Below, piece by piece: positions 42,613-50,485 of a DNA stretch of 64,000 nucleotides; the stretch's first letter is position 1, and the number at the start of each line of letters is the position of its first letter. The position numbers and the translations under genes were made by a program. The DNA is from an uncultured Candidatus Saccharibacteria bacterium (lineage in GTDB: Bacteria > Patescibacteriota > Saccharimonadia > Saccharimonadales > Saccharimonadaceae). The stretch is taken from the NCBI GenBank assembly GCA_963523995.1, contig CAURDR010000001.1:238021-302020 (forward strand). Reading direction: 5' to 3'. Under the pieces are notes generated by a model that worked only from the letters and a program-made list of their open reading frames with translations, ran no database searches and was not told the origin of the DNA.

Positions 42613-42899
42613 TATTTTGTCCTTATATTATTTAATTCATATAAATTGAGTAATTCTTCTATCGCTTTACTTTGTTGAGCTTCGTCGCCGGACGTCATTT
42701 TATCGGCAATGTGCGTGCGGAGATGTCGCTCCAGAATAAGTTTATTAAGCGACGCTAATGACTTTTGTATTGCTAGACTTTGGGTTAAAACATCCATGCA
42801 ATACGCGTCGTCGGTAATTTGCTTCTCGAGTCCGCGCATTTGTCCTAATATGATCTTTGTGCGGTGCAGGGCTCGTCGTTTGATGTCTGCTGTATCCAT
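42612..42899 (-). CDS. CsoR/RcnR family metal-sensing repressor
   Basis: GQMRGL...YCMDVLTQ...HLRTH. Confidence 0.88.
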   Translation of the reverse strand: MDTADIKRRALHRTKIILGQMRGLEKQITDDAYCMDVLTQSLAIQKSLASLNKLILERHLRTHIADKMTSGDEAQQSKAIEELLNLYELNNIRTK

Positions 42900-42906
42900 A
42901 AAACAA

Positions 42907-42935
42907 TCATATACCCCCTGGGGGTATTATGTCAA
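42907..42935 (-). promoter_or_regulatory. Promoter with a CsoR-type operator in the spacer
   Basis: TTGACA(42935-30)-17 nt-TATGAT(42912-07); palindrome ATACCCCC-t-GGGGGTAT at 42911-42927. Confidence 0.85.
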
Positions 42936-42961
42936 ATGTAATTAGCTATCTAAGGACTAAC

Positions 42962-42996
42962 ATACGAAAAAACCACCCGCTCGGATGGCTAAATAT
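42962..42996. repeat. Direct repeat, left copy (island boundary)
   Basis: atacgaaaaaaccacccgctcggatggctaaatat, near-identical to 47362-47395. Confidence 0.85.
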
Positions 42997-43116
42997 GAAA
43001 AAGGTGTTTTCTGGGCAAGGACGAATACTGTTATGACAGTGGAGGTGTTGGTGTTTCGTTTATGTGGCAAAGCTGCCGCGTTTAAGTATCTTAACCTCGT
43101 AGGCTATTGGTAAAAC

Positions 43117-43530
43117 TTAAAGACTAAACCTAGTCAATAAGTCTTTAAACTCTTGTTTTATAATACCTCGCCAGGTAGCAGTTTCACTTGCAGATTTACC
43201 CAAATGATCCTTGTGGTAAAGCAGTAAAACACGAACGGTGCGATCATTATGATTTACATATAAAATCGCTCTGTTTCCAGAGTCTTTTGCAGATTGTTTG
43301 CGTCCTGCAACGGCAAACTCATGTTTGATAATCCATTCCTTGTTGTCGTCAGTTCGATGAATCGGAGGATTTGTTCTTCCATTAAGCACTAGCTGGTCAA
43401 TGTGTGCAAACTGCGCCACGAGTGCTCTGCGTGTTACGAGCCATTGATTGCCGTAATCCTTTTTGAACGCTTTGGCGTAGTGGCGTTCGGAGTAATCTTC
43501 AAATAGTACACGGTAGTTATCAATAAACAC
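43117..43530 (-). CDS. Putative RelE/HigB-fold toxin
   Basis: SAKDSGNRAILY...VLLLYHK resembles the HigB/RelE C-terminal motif; overlaps the upstream Panacea gene. Confidence 0.55.
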   Translation of the reverse strand: MFIDNYRVLFEDYSERHYAKAFKKDYGNQWLVTRRALVAQFAHIDQLVLNGRTNPPIHRTDDNKEWIIKHEFAVAGRKQSAKDSGNRAILYVNHNDRTVRVLLLYHKDHLGKSASETATWRGIIKQEFKDLLTRFSL

Positions 43531-44200
43531 GGCTCGGCTCTTCCTGGGTAATTAGCTCGTAGGGTATATATTCGTTTTGCCTACATACTTGCCAAGGAAG
43601 CTGCGTGTGTGTGAAGTGTACGATTTCTTTTGTATTTGAGTCTTTCCATTTTTGTGCAATTTTATCAATCAAGTCAAGTTCACTAGTCGAGAGATGCTGA
43701 GGCGGAGTATCTTGCGCAGATCGCGTGAGATTGAGCCATTGAGCCTCATCGCCAACCTTGAGTGATACTTTACCTTCATCAATAAGCTCATCAACAATAC
43801 GAAAATACTGGTCGGGTACTGGACCATACTGCAAGCGACGGTACTTCATGCCACTCATCGGTTGCAAATGCTCATAATACCATGCGAAGTCTGCAAGGTA
43901 GATAAGTTTTGCGAGTAGCGTCTTCGTTGCGCTTTTGCCTGCGTATTCCGTATAGCGACGCAGCGTTTCCACTATCATTTCGCGGTATTTCTCGTAATTT
44001 GGGATTTCTTGTGATAAAAGATCAATGATATCGACACCAAGAAAATCAGCAAGTTTGCCTAGTTCTTCACTGCTCAGTTCACGCTCGCCTTTTTCGGTGG
44101 CTACAACACTACTGCGACTCACATCAATCGCTTTCGCCACATCATCTTGTGATAGTCCGTAGATCGCCCGGAGTTCGCGTAGATTCTTTTCAAGAGTCAT
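43520..44200 (-). CDS. XRE HTH plus Panacea/SocA (DUF4065) antitoxin
   Basis: N-terminal HTH (LRELR...SQDDVAKAIDVSR); KLIYLADF...YGPVP...HTQLPW. Confidence 0.85.
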   Translation of the reverse strand: MTLEKNLRELRAIYGLSQDDVAKAIDVSRSSVVATEKGERELSSEELGKLADFLGVDIIDLLSQEIPNYEKYREMIVETLRRYTEYAGKSATKTLLAKLIYLADFAWYYEHLQPMSGMKYRRLQYGPVPDQYFRIVDELIDEGKVSLKVGDEAQWLNLTRSAQDTPPQHLSTSELDLIDKIAQKWKDSNTKEIVHFTHTQLPWQVCRQNEYIPYELITQEEPSRVY

Positions 44201-44279
44201 TTTGCTTCCTTTCTCTTATATGTACAGTATACTACATCGCGCGTAACTATGTCAATATTACGACTATTTGTTTGTATAG

Positions 44280-44509
44280 TTGACATATAAGTGTGCAGTT
44301 GTGATATAATGAGAATACGAACCTGTAAAACACAAACGGTGGAGCTGTGTGGGCGGGTCGTCAAAGCGGAGGGTACCCGTCCGTAATACAACGTTAGAAT
44401 AGTAAAAGTACTGGCTCGCGCCAGTACCAGTGTACAAGATTTGCTTCCCTCGTACACTCCTATTCTAGCACAACAACAATGTTGAGCCATATAAAAAAGG
44501 AGAAAAATC
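44280..44509 (+). promoter_or_regulatory. Promoter and ~200-nt structured leader of the HNH gene
   Basis: TTGACA 44280, TGaTATAAT 44302-10; stems 44351-82 and 44394-44468, the latter enclosing 44408-27 and 44429-58. Confidence 0.55.
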
Positions 44510-44839
44510 ATGGCATACAATCATCAATACACTCCGCTTTTGCGAGTACTAACCAAAAAACAATATACAGAACAACAAAAAATTGACGTATGGAATAAGG
44601 CACGTATAGTACAAGGCTATAACTCTGCATACGTTCGTGCCGACGTGTGTGGTGCGCTCATTGAATGGGGGAGTTACGGAGATACAACAAGTAGATGTGG
44701 CTGGGAGATTGACCATATCATACCTAAATCGCTCGGAGGTACTGATGTCATCACTAACTTGCAACCGCTACAATGGCAAAACAACCGCGCAAAGGGTGAT
44801 AGTCTTTCGCTCAACTACTGTGTAGTGAGGAGCTACTAG
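44510..44839 (+). CDS. Small HNH endonuclease
   Basis: GWEIDHIIPKSLGGTD..NLQPLQWQNNRAKGD; AGGAG SD. Confidence 0.88.
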   Translation: MAYNHQYTPLLRVLTKKQYTEQQKIDVWNKARIVQGYNSAYVRADVCGALIEWGSYGDTTSRCGWEIDHIIPKSLGGTDVITNLQPLQWQNNRAKGDSLSLNYCVVRSY

Positions 44840-44841
44840 CT

Positions 44842-45129
44842 ATGATTGACTTAACAATCACATCAGACCCAGATAAGAATGGTAACTACAGGCTCCAGTG
44901 CCCGCAGTGCCTCATATCGTTCTTTGCGCCTATTGCTAAAGATGACAAAACTGGTGAACTACAGGACATCATCTGCGAGAATTGTCATCACGCCGCCGAA
45001 CCACTGATGTTTATATATACGGCAAACAAAGAGCAGGCCGACGCAATGGTAATGAACTACGCAGAGTGCGAGATGAAGAATATGCTCAAAAAAGCGTTTC
45101 GTGGCTCAAAGTACATCAAGATAAAGTAA
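44842..45129 (+). CDS. Small zinc-ribbon protein
   Basis: CPQC and CENC. Confidence 0.7.
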   Translation: MIDLTITSDPDKNGNYRLQCPQCLISFFAPIAKDDKTGELQDIICENCHHAAEPLMFIYTANKEQADAMVMNYAECEMKNMLKKAFRGSKYIKIK

Positions 45130-45191
45130 AATCTATTTGGCAGACACTCGTCGCACTACGGCTTAATTAAACAGGCGTGATGTGGGGCGAT

Positions 45192-46073
45192 TTACAACAA
45201 TATTTTGGTGGGCGATGATTGCAGATATAGAAGTATTGAATCAGCTATTTTATGTGTAACCATTATGTTTTGTGCGCGAAAATATGGCTCAAGTATCGCA
45301 AGCGTTGCACCGGTCGGGAACAACACGGGCAGTATCTGGCTTACAATTCGCTCATCGTCAAAGAGCTTACGGAATGTGCGTAGCGGTAGATCTTTTATCT
45401 CTTCGGCAGATTCTTTGGGGCTACTGTCAAAATTCACGTTTGGTAAGTCTGGTATGTCTTGACGCCATTTTTGTAGATTATTCATGATATCAGGCCAAAT
45501 ATGAGATAGGTCGAGTTGATTGAACATGTCTTGGCCATATGATACCGATAAGTGCACACCCCATGATTCTTGCAATTTTTGCAATTCTGGCTGATAGAAA
45601 TTTCTGTTCTTGACAAGGCTTGGGTCTATGAAGTAGAAAAATCCCCACTTCACATTATCCCCATAAATATCGATAAGTGCTTCGAGTTTCTTTTCGAAGT
45701 TGCTAATCTGCCCACGTTTTTTGGTTGAATCATGGTCGTCGCGTACCTTTTGCTCAATGAATAGTACTTTGTCATCTTTGACGAGCAGCTGATCTATGTC
45801 GAGAGTGTCACCTTCTTTTGATGTAATCTTTTGCGGTAACGGCTGCCAGCCCTCGTTGATAAAGTATTGCTTGATTGCCACCTCGAACGCGTCGCCAAAA
45901 CGGATTTCATTTGACTGCAACAGGTTTTGTAACAATTTTGCCTCTGGCTTGGTCGGGCGGAATAGCCCCACGTATCTATCGGGGTACTCGGCGACTTTCT
46001 TGAGTAAATCGGGTTTTGACTTTGCGAATATTTTTTCATTAAAAATTTTCTTGAATTTTTCGTAATCAAGCAT
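45192..46073 (-). CDS. Type II restriction endonuclease, HpyAIV-like
   Basis: SNEIRFGDAFE, DIDQL...FIEQKVRDDHDSTKKRGQ PD-(D/E)xK; start MLDYEKF overlaps the MTase end. Confidence 0.78.
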   Translation of the reverse strand: MLDYEKFKKIFNEKIFAKSKPDLLKKVAEYPDRYVGLFRPTKPEAKLLQNLLQSNEIRFGDAFEVAIKQYFINEGWQPLPQKITSKEGDTLDIDQLLVKDDKVLFIEQKVRDDHDSTKKRGQISNFEKKLEALIDIYGDNVKWGFFYFIDPSLVKNRNFYQPELQKLQESWGVHLSVSYGQDMFNQLDLSHIWPDIMNNLQKWRQDIPDLPNVNFDSSPKESAEEIKDLPLRTFRKLFDDERIVSQILPVLFPTGATLAILEPYFRAQNIMVTHKIADSILLYLQSSPTKILL

Positions 46074-47133
46074 GGTTTTTCTCCAAATACTGCTGTCGAA
46101 TTTCATCAATCAACACATCATTGACATACCAAAATGTCCAGCCATTGCATGATGGCTGATTTTGTAGGGCTGCGCCAACCTTGTGAATAGAACCCTCTAC
46201 ATCGCCGCTTTTTAGCGAGCCATTTGCAGTAACAGTCGCCGAGTATTTACCGTCTTTACTTGTAAGTATCGTTCCACTCTTGATAAGTCCGACATCAACC
46301 AATAAACCGAAAGCGACGCGCGGTGCTTTGGCTTCGAGTCTGCTTGATACAAGCGTTTTCTCTAGCGGTACTGTTTCATCAAGGCGTTTTTCCGCTACTT
46401 TAATGTATTTATTGTCGCGTTCAATTCCAATGTAACTACGCCCCAGCTCTTTAGCAGCTACTGCAGTCGTTCCGCTTCCTAAAAATGGATCAAGGATGAT
46501 ATCTCCAGGATTCGATGTTGCATTAATGATTCGACGAAGTAGGGCTAGTGGTTTTTGTGTTGAATGTGCTTTTTCTCCATTGAGTTTAGCACGCTCTTTT
46601 CCGCTACAAATAGGAATTAGCCAGTCGCTGCGCATTTGTTTATCCTCATTGTGTGTCTTCATGATTTTATAATTGAATGTTGGTTTTGACTTCTCGGATT
46701 TGCTAGCCCAAATTAGTGTTTCATGTGAATTATTGAAGCGTGTGCCTTTGAAATTTGCCATAGGGTTTGTTTTAATCCATAGAATATCGTTTAAGATCCA
46801 ATAATCAAGGTCTTGGATAATTTTACCGACACGAAATATATTATGATAGCTGCCAATAACCCAAATTGCACCATTGTCTTTGAGCGCTCGACGACATTCT
46901 GTGAGCCATTTGACTGTAAAGGAGTCGTAAGCTGTAAAATTATCATACTTATCCCAGTCGTCATTGACCGCGGCTACTTTTGTGTTATTCGGTCTCCATA
47001 AATCGCCTTTGAGCTGCAGGTTATAGGGTGGGTCGGCAAAAATTAAATCTATTGATTTGTCTGGTATGGTTTTTAGTATTTCAATGCAGTCACCTTGGAT
47101 TACGACATTTGTCTCTAGTGATTCTATACTCAT
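46066..47133 (-). CDS. Beta-class N6-adenine DNA methyltransferase, CcrM/M.HinfI family (likely GANTC)
   Basis: DPPYNLQL, IWVIGSYHNIFRVG, HSTQKP, DPFLGSGT, C-terminal SIHKVGA...CNGWTFW domain. Confidence 0.9.
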   Translation of the reverse strand: MSIESLETNVVIQGDCIEILKTIPDKSIDLIFADPPYNLQLKGDLWRPNNTKVAAVNDDWDKYDNFTAYDSFTVKWLTECRRALKDNGAIWVIGSYHNIFRVGKIIQDLDYWILNDILWIKTNPMANFKGTRFNNSHETLIWASKSEKSKPTFNYKIMKTHNEDKQMRSDWLIPICSGKERAKLNGEKAHSTQKPLALLRRIINATSNPGDIILDPFLGSGTTAVAAKELGRSYIGIERDNKYIKVAEKRLDETVPLEKTLVSSRLEAKAPRVAFGLLVDVGLIKSGTILTSKDGKYSATVTANGSLKSGDVEGSIHKVGAALQNQPSCNGWTFWYVNDVLIDEIRQQYLEKNHA

Positions 47134-47335
47134 GGACGCCTTTGAGTTAGTTGCTATTATGTGAGTATTTATTGTCCGTAATAAAAAACGGACACCTACT
47201 CTAGGCGTCCAACCAACAATTGGGATTCAAACCAAATGTCTTTCGAGCAAGTGCCCGTTTTTCCTGGTTTGAATACCAAAAATATTAGGTAATCCCTAAG
47301 TGTTATATTGTTGGTTGGACTCTTTTATTATAGCA
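47134..47335 (-). promoter_or_regulatory. Extended -10 promoter and structured leader with terminator upstream of the MTase
   Basis: TGcTATAAT 47335-27; stems 47207-20/47307-20 and 47220-34/47265-79; terminator ggacgccta-gag-taggtgtcc-gtttttt. Confidence 0.65.
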
Positions 47336-47361
47336 CTTTTGTTGTATATTGGCGGGTATAA

Positions 47362-47395
47362 ATACGAAAAACCACCCGTTCGGATGGCTAAATAT
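47362..47395. repeat. Direct repeat, right copy (includes the tRNA downstream hairpin)
   Basis: atacgaaaaaccacccgttcggatggctaaatat, 5 nt from the tRNA CCA. Confidence 0.85.
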
Positions 47396-47400
47396 CTGAT

Positions 47401-47476
47401 TGGTGCGGGTAAGGAGACTCTAACTCCTGGCCTCTTCCATGGCAAGGAAGCGCTCTAACAACTGAGCTATACCCGC
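47401..47476 (-). tRNA. tRNA-Gly(GCC)
   Basis: Cloverleaf; cttcc-ttGCCat-ggaag; encoded CCA; T-loop TTAGAGT. Confidence 0.93.
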
Positions 47477-47525
47477 ATGTTGTTCACGATCTATTGTAGC
47501 AAAGTCGTGAATGAAATGCAATATT

Positions 47526-47601
47526 TGGTGGCTCCTCCCAGACTTGAACTGGGGACACAAGGCTCTTCAGGCCTCTGCTCTACCAACTGAGCTAAAGAGC
47601 C
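47526..47601 (-). tRNA. tRNA-Phe(GAA)
   Basis: gaggc-ctGAAga-gcctt; TTCAAGT; CCA. Confidence 0.95.
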
Positions 47602-47668
47602 ACAAACTTGCTATTTAATTGTACTAAAGTTGTCGCTATCTGGCAAGGGTGTTATAATTTTATCGAGC

Positions 47669-47743
47669 GCGGGTGTCGTATAGCGGCTATTATGTGACCT
47701 TCCCAAGGTTGAGATGGGAGTTCGACTCTCCCCATCCGCACCA
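47669..47743 (+). tRNA. tRNA-Gly(CCC)
   Basis: tgacc-ttCCCaa-ggttg; TTCGACT; CCA. Confidence 0.93.
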
Positions 47744-47798
47744 GAAATCATAAAGCACTCCGTAAAATTACAGAGTGCTTGTTTTATTGATAAATGTT

Positions 47799-48545
47799 CT
47801 ATTTTTTACCACCACGAATTGCGTCGATGAGCTCGATAGGGAATAACATCATCGTCTTTTGGCTTGGCTCCGTGGAGATTCGCTCTAAGGTGTTCAATGT
47901 TCGCAGATTGATGGCGCCTTGAGTTTTTGCTAGGATTTCTGCGGCCTGAGCTAATGTCTCAGCTGCAGCCTTTTCACCGTCAGCGTTGATGATGTTGGCG
48001 CGGCGCTCGCGTTCTGCCTCAGCTTGTTTGGCCATGGCGCGCTTCATATCGCCAGGAAGTTCGATATTCTGAATCTTAACGTTTTCGACATCGATGCCCC
48101 ATTTGTCGGTTTCGGCATCAACAATTTCCTTGATCTGCTGGGAAATTTCTTCGCGCTTGGCGAGCAAATCGTCCATATCAACATTACCGGTGACGTCACG
48201 CAGTGCCGCTTGGGCAAATTGACTAGTCGCGTAAATATAGTTCGTGGTTTCCAGCACGGCTTTTGGTGCGTTGATAACTCGGAAATAAACCACCGCATCA
48301 ACGCCGACCGTGACGTTGTCTTTGGTGATGACTTCTTGTTTTGGAACGTCAATTGGAGTTGAACGAATATCGACCAACATCATCGTCTGCAATCCTGGAA
48401 TAACAACTCTTAATCCTGGTTCGCGAACACCAGTAAATTTACCGAGCGTCAAAACTACGCCGCGCTGATATTGATTAACGATTTTAATGCCGCTTAGCAC
48501 ATAAAGCCCGATAAACGACAAGATTATTATTACGAATGCTTCCAT
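47799..48545 (-). CDS. SPFH/stomatin (band 7) protein
   Basis: QEVITKDNV, AMAKQAEAERERRA. Confidence 0.92.
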   Translation of the reverse strand: MEAFVIIILSFIGLYVLSGIKIVNQYQRGVVLTLGKFTGVREPGLRVVIPGLQTMMLVDIRSTPIDVPKQEVITKDNVTVGVDAVVYFRVINAPKAVLETTNYIYATSQFAQAALRDVTGNVDMDDLLAKREEISQQIKEIVDAETDKWGIDVENVKIQNIELPGDMKRAMAKQAEAERERRANIINADGEKAAAETLAQAAEILAKTQGAINLRTLNTLERISTEPSQKTMMLFPIELIDAIRGGKK

Positions 48546-48646
48546 TTTTCCTCCTATTTATATAGATCTATTGTAGCATTTTGTGCGAGGAAAGTGTAAG
48601 CGGCGGAGGCTTTTTGGCTTTACGAATTTCGCGATATAATGGGAGT

Positions 48647-49819
48647 ATGAGTGATAGTAGGCAGCCGCTGGCTGAACAGATGAGACCGCAGACGCTGGAC
48701 GAGGTGATAGGGCAGAGTCATTTGCTTGGTGAGGGCGAGTTATTGAGGCGAATCGTTAAGAATGGCGAGCCGGTCAGTTTGATATTGTGGGGTCCGCCGG
48801 GAACTGGAAAGACGACGTTGGCGCGGATTATTGCGCGCGAAGTGAAGGCGGAGTTTATTGAGCTGTCGGCAGTTACGAGCGGAAAAAAAGATGTTGAGCA
48901 AGTAATTGAGCATGCCCGTCAAAATTGGAATTTAGGACTCAGGACAATTCTATTCGTTGACGAAATTCATCGTTTCAATAAGGCGCAGCAAGACGCGTTT
49001 TTGCCGCATGTTGAGAGTGGGCTAATTACGTTAATCGGTGCGACGACCGAGAATCCGAGCTTTGAAGTCATTACGCCGCTGCTGTCGCGTTCGCGAGTTC
49101 TGGTTCTTCAGCGATTGACAAAAGATGAAATTGTGTCGGTGTTAAAAAGAGCACTGAAAGTTCTGAAAAAGTCCAAGCAAGTTTCGCCCAAAGCCCTGGA
49201 CTATTTGGCGGAATTATCGGATGGCGACGCAAGGGTGGCGCTGGGCAATTTGGAATTGGCGCTGAGTTTTAACGAAAAAGTAACGCCGGAAGTGGTTAAG
49301 GCGGCGGCTCAGAAGCGACTTCCGGGCTATGATAAAAAAGGTGATTCGCATTACGACGTAATTTCCGCTTTTATCAAGTCGCTAAGAGGCAGCGACGCGA
49401 CGGCTGCGACATATTATTTGGCGCGAATGATTGACGCGGGCGAGGATCCGAAGTTTATTGCTCGGCGAATGGTGATTTTTGCGTCGGAAGATATCGGGCT
49501 GGCGGGCAATGGTGCGCTGAGCTTGGCAATTGCGACGTTTGAAGCTGTCGAGCGCGTCGGTCTTCCGGAGGCGAAGTATAATTTATTCCATTGCGCTATT
49601 GCGTTGGCTCGTAGCCAGAAGTCGCGTGAAATTACCGATTTAATGTACAGCGCTTTTGAATTGGCGCACAAATATCCGAATTCTCCCGTGCCGTTGCATC
49701 TCAGGAACGCTCCGACCAAATTGATGAAAGATTTGGGCTATAACAAGGGTTACAAATGGCAAGCTGGCTTTAAGCATGACAAAGGATTTTTACCAGAGGA
49801 AATTAAGAATGTGGTATAA
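48647..49819 (+). CDS. rarA: Replication-associated recombination protein A
   Basis: [39 protein letters not shown]; start at ATG 48647. Confidence 0.95.
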   Translation: MSDSRQPLAEQMRPQTLDEVIGQSHLLGEGELLRRIVKNGEPVSLILWGPPGTGKTTLARIIAREVKAEFIELSAVTSGKKDVEQVIEHARQNWNLGLRTILFVDEIHRFNKAQQDAFLPHVESGLITLIGATTENPSFEVITPLLSRSRVLVLQRLTKDEIVSVLKRALKVLKKSKQVSPKALDYLAELSDGDARVALGNLELALSFNEKVTPEVVKAAAQKRLPGYDKKGDSHYDVISAFIKSLRGSDATAATYYLARMIDAGEDPKFIARRMVIFASEDIGLAGNGALSLAIATFEAVERVGLPEAKYNLFHCAIALARSQKSREITDLMYSAFELAHKYPNSPVPLHLRNAPTKLMKDLGYNKGYKWQAGFKHDKGFLPEEIKNVV

Positions 49820-49854
49820 TTGGCATATCAATATTCTTAAAAGGAGAAGTTAAT

Positions 49855-50424
49855 ATGTCAAAACAAGAACCTCAGCAGCCGCAATATGCGCCACAGCCTG
49901 ATCCAAACGCACAATACGGTCCCGCACCGCAACCTCAGAACACGCCATATGAGCAGCAGCCAGTCAGCCAGCAATATTTTGCACAACCTCAAGCAGCGCC
50001 AGTGCAATATGTCGTGATGGCGGAATCCCTGAAGGGTGTTAAGGGTTGGTTAATGTTCTTTGTGGTTTGTTTCGTTATCGGTAGCCTTGTCAATACAGCA
50101 GTGTTTTTCCAGGCGATAATGAATCTTAGCCAGCCAGAGAACGTCATTTCTTTGATATTTTCACCTATACTAGTAGTCTTAGCTATTTGTGCAGTTGTGT
50201 TTATAGTAATGCAGAAGCGTCTTGGTAAGTGGCTAGCTATTGCTACGATCGCCACGGCTGGATTGGGCAATGTTGCAAATGCGGTAGTTATATATGCGTC
50301 TGGAAAGTCAGAAGTGGATGCCCCAGCATTTATTACTGCAATCATTACAATGCTAATAGTAGAAGGATTGGTAATCTTGTACTTCTTTGCTTCTCGCCGA
50401 GTCAAAGAAACTCTTGTCAATTAG
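49855..50424 (+). CDS. Membrane protein with Pro/Gln-rich N-terminus (DUF2569-like)
   Basis: GVKGWL...YFFASRRVKET; 4 TM. Confidence 0.75.
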   Translation: MSKQEPQQPQYAPQPDPNAQYGPAPQPQNTPYEQQPVSQQYFAQPQAAPVQYVVMAESLKGVKGWLMFFVVCFVIGSLVNTAVFFQAIMNLSQPENVISLIFSPILVVLAICAVVFIVMQKRLGKWLAIATIATAGLGNVANAVVIYASGKSEVDAPAFITAIITMLIVEGLVILYFFASRRVKETLVN

Positions 50425-50439
50425 CTGATGCTCACATGA

Positions 50440-50475
50440 AAAATAGCCGCCTCATTACGGGGCGGTTATTTTTTG
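50440..50475. terminator. Bidirectional intrinsic terminator
   Basis: aaaatagccgcc...ggcggttatttttt between convergent genes. Confidence 0.75.
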
Positions 50476-50485
50476 GTTTACGCGA

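Larger units (their letters stand above)
42962..47395. mobile_element. tRNA-Gly-adjacent genomic islet (TA pair, HNH, R-M); no integrase seen
   Basis: Flanked by ~34-bp direct repeats; accessory gene content; abuts the tRNA-Gly(GCC) 3' end. Confidence 0.65.

Noticed and set aside
44197..44520. 107-aa minus-strand ORF across the HNH leader
   Set aside because: No SD or recognisable motif; overlaps divergent promoters and strong stems; probably spurious
49855..50010. Pro/Gln-rich N-termini (also 2931-3030) as tandem repeats
   Set aside because: Low-complexity protein sequence with no discrete DNA repeat unit
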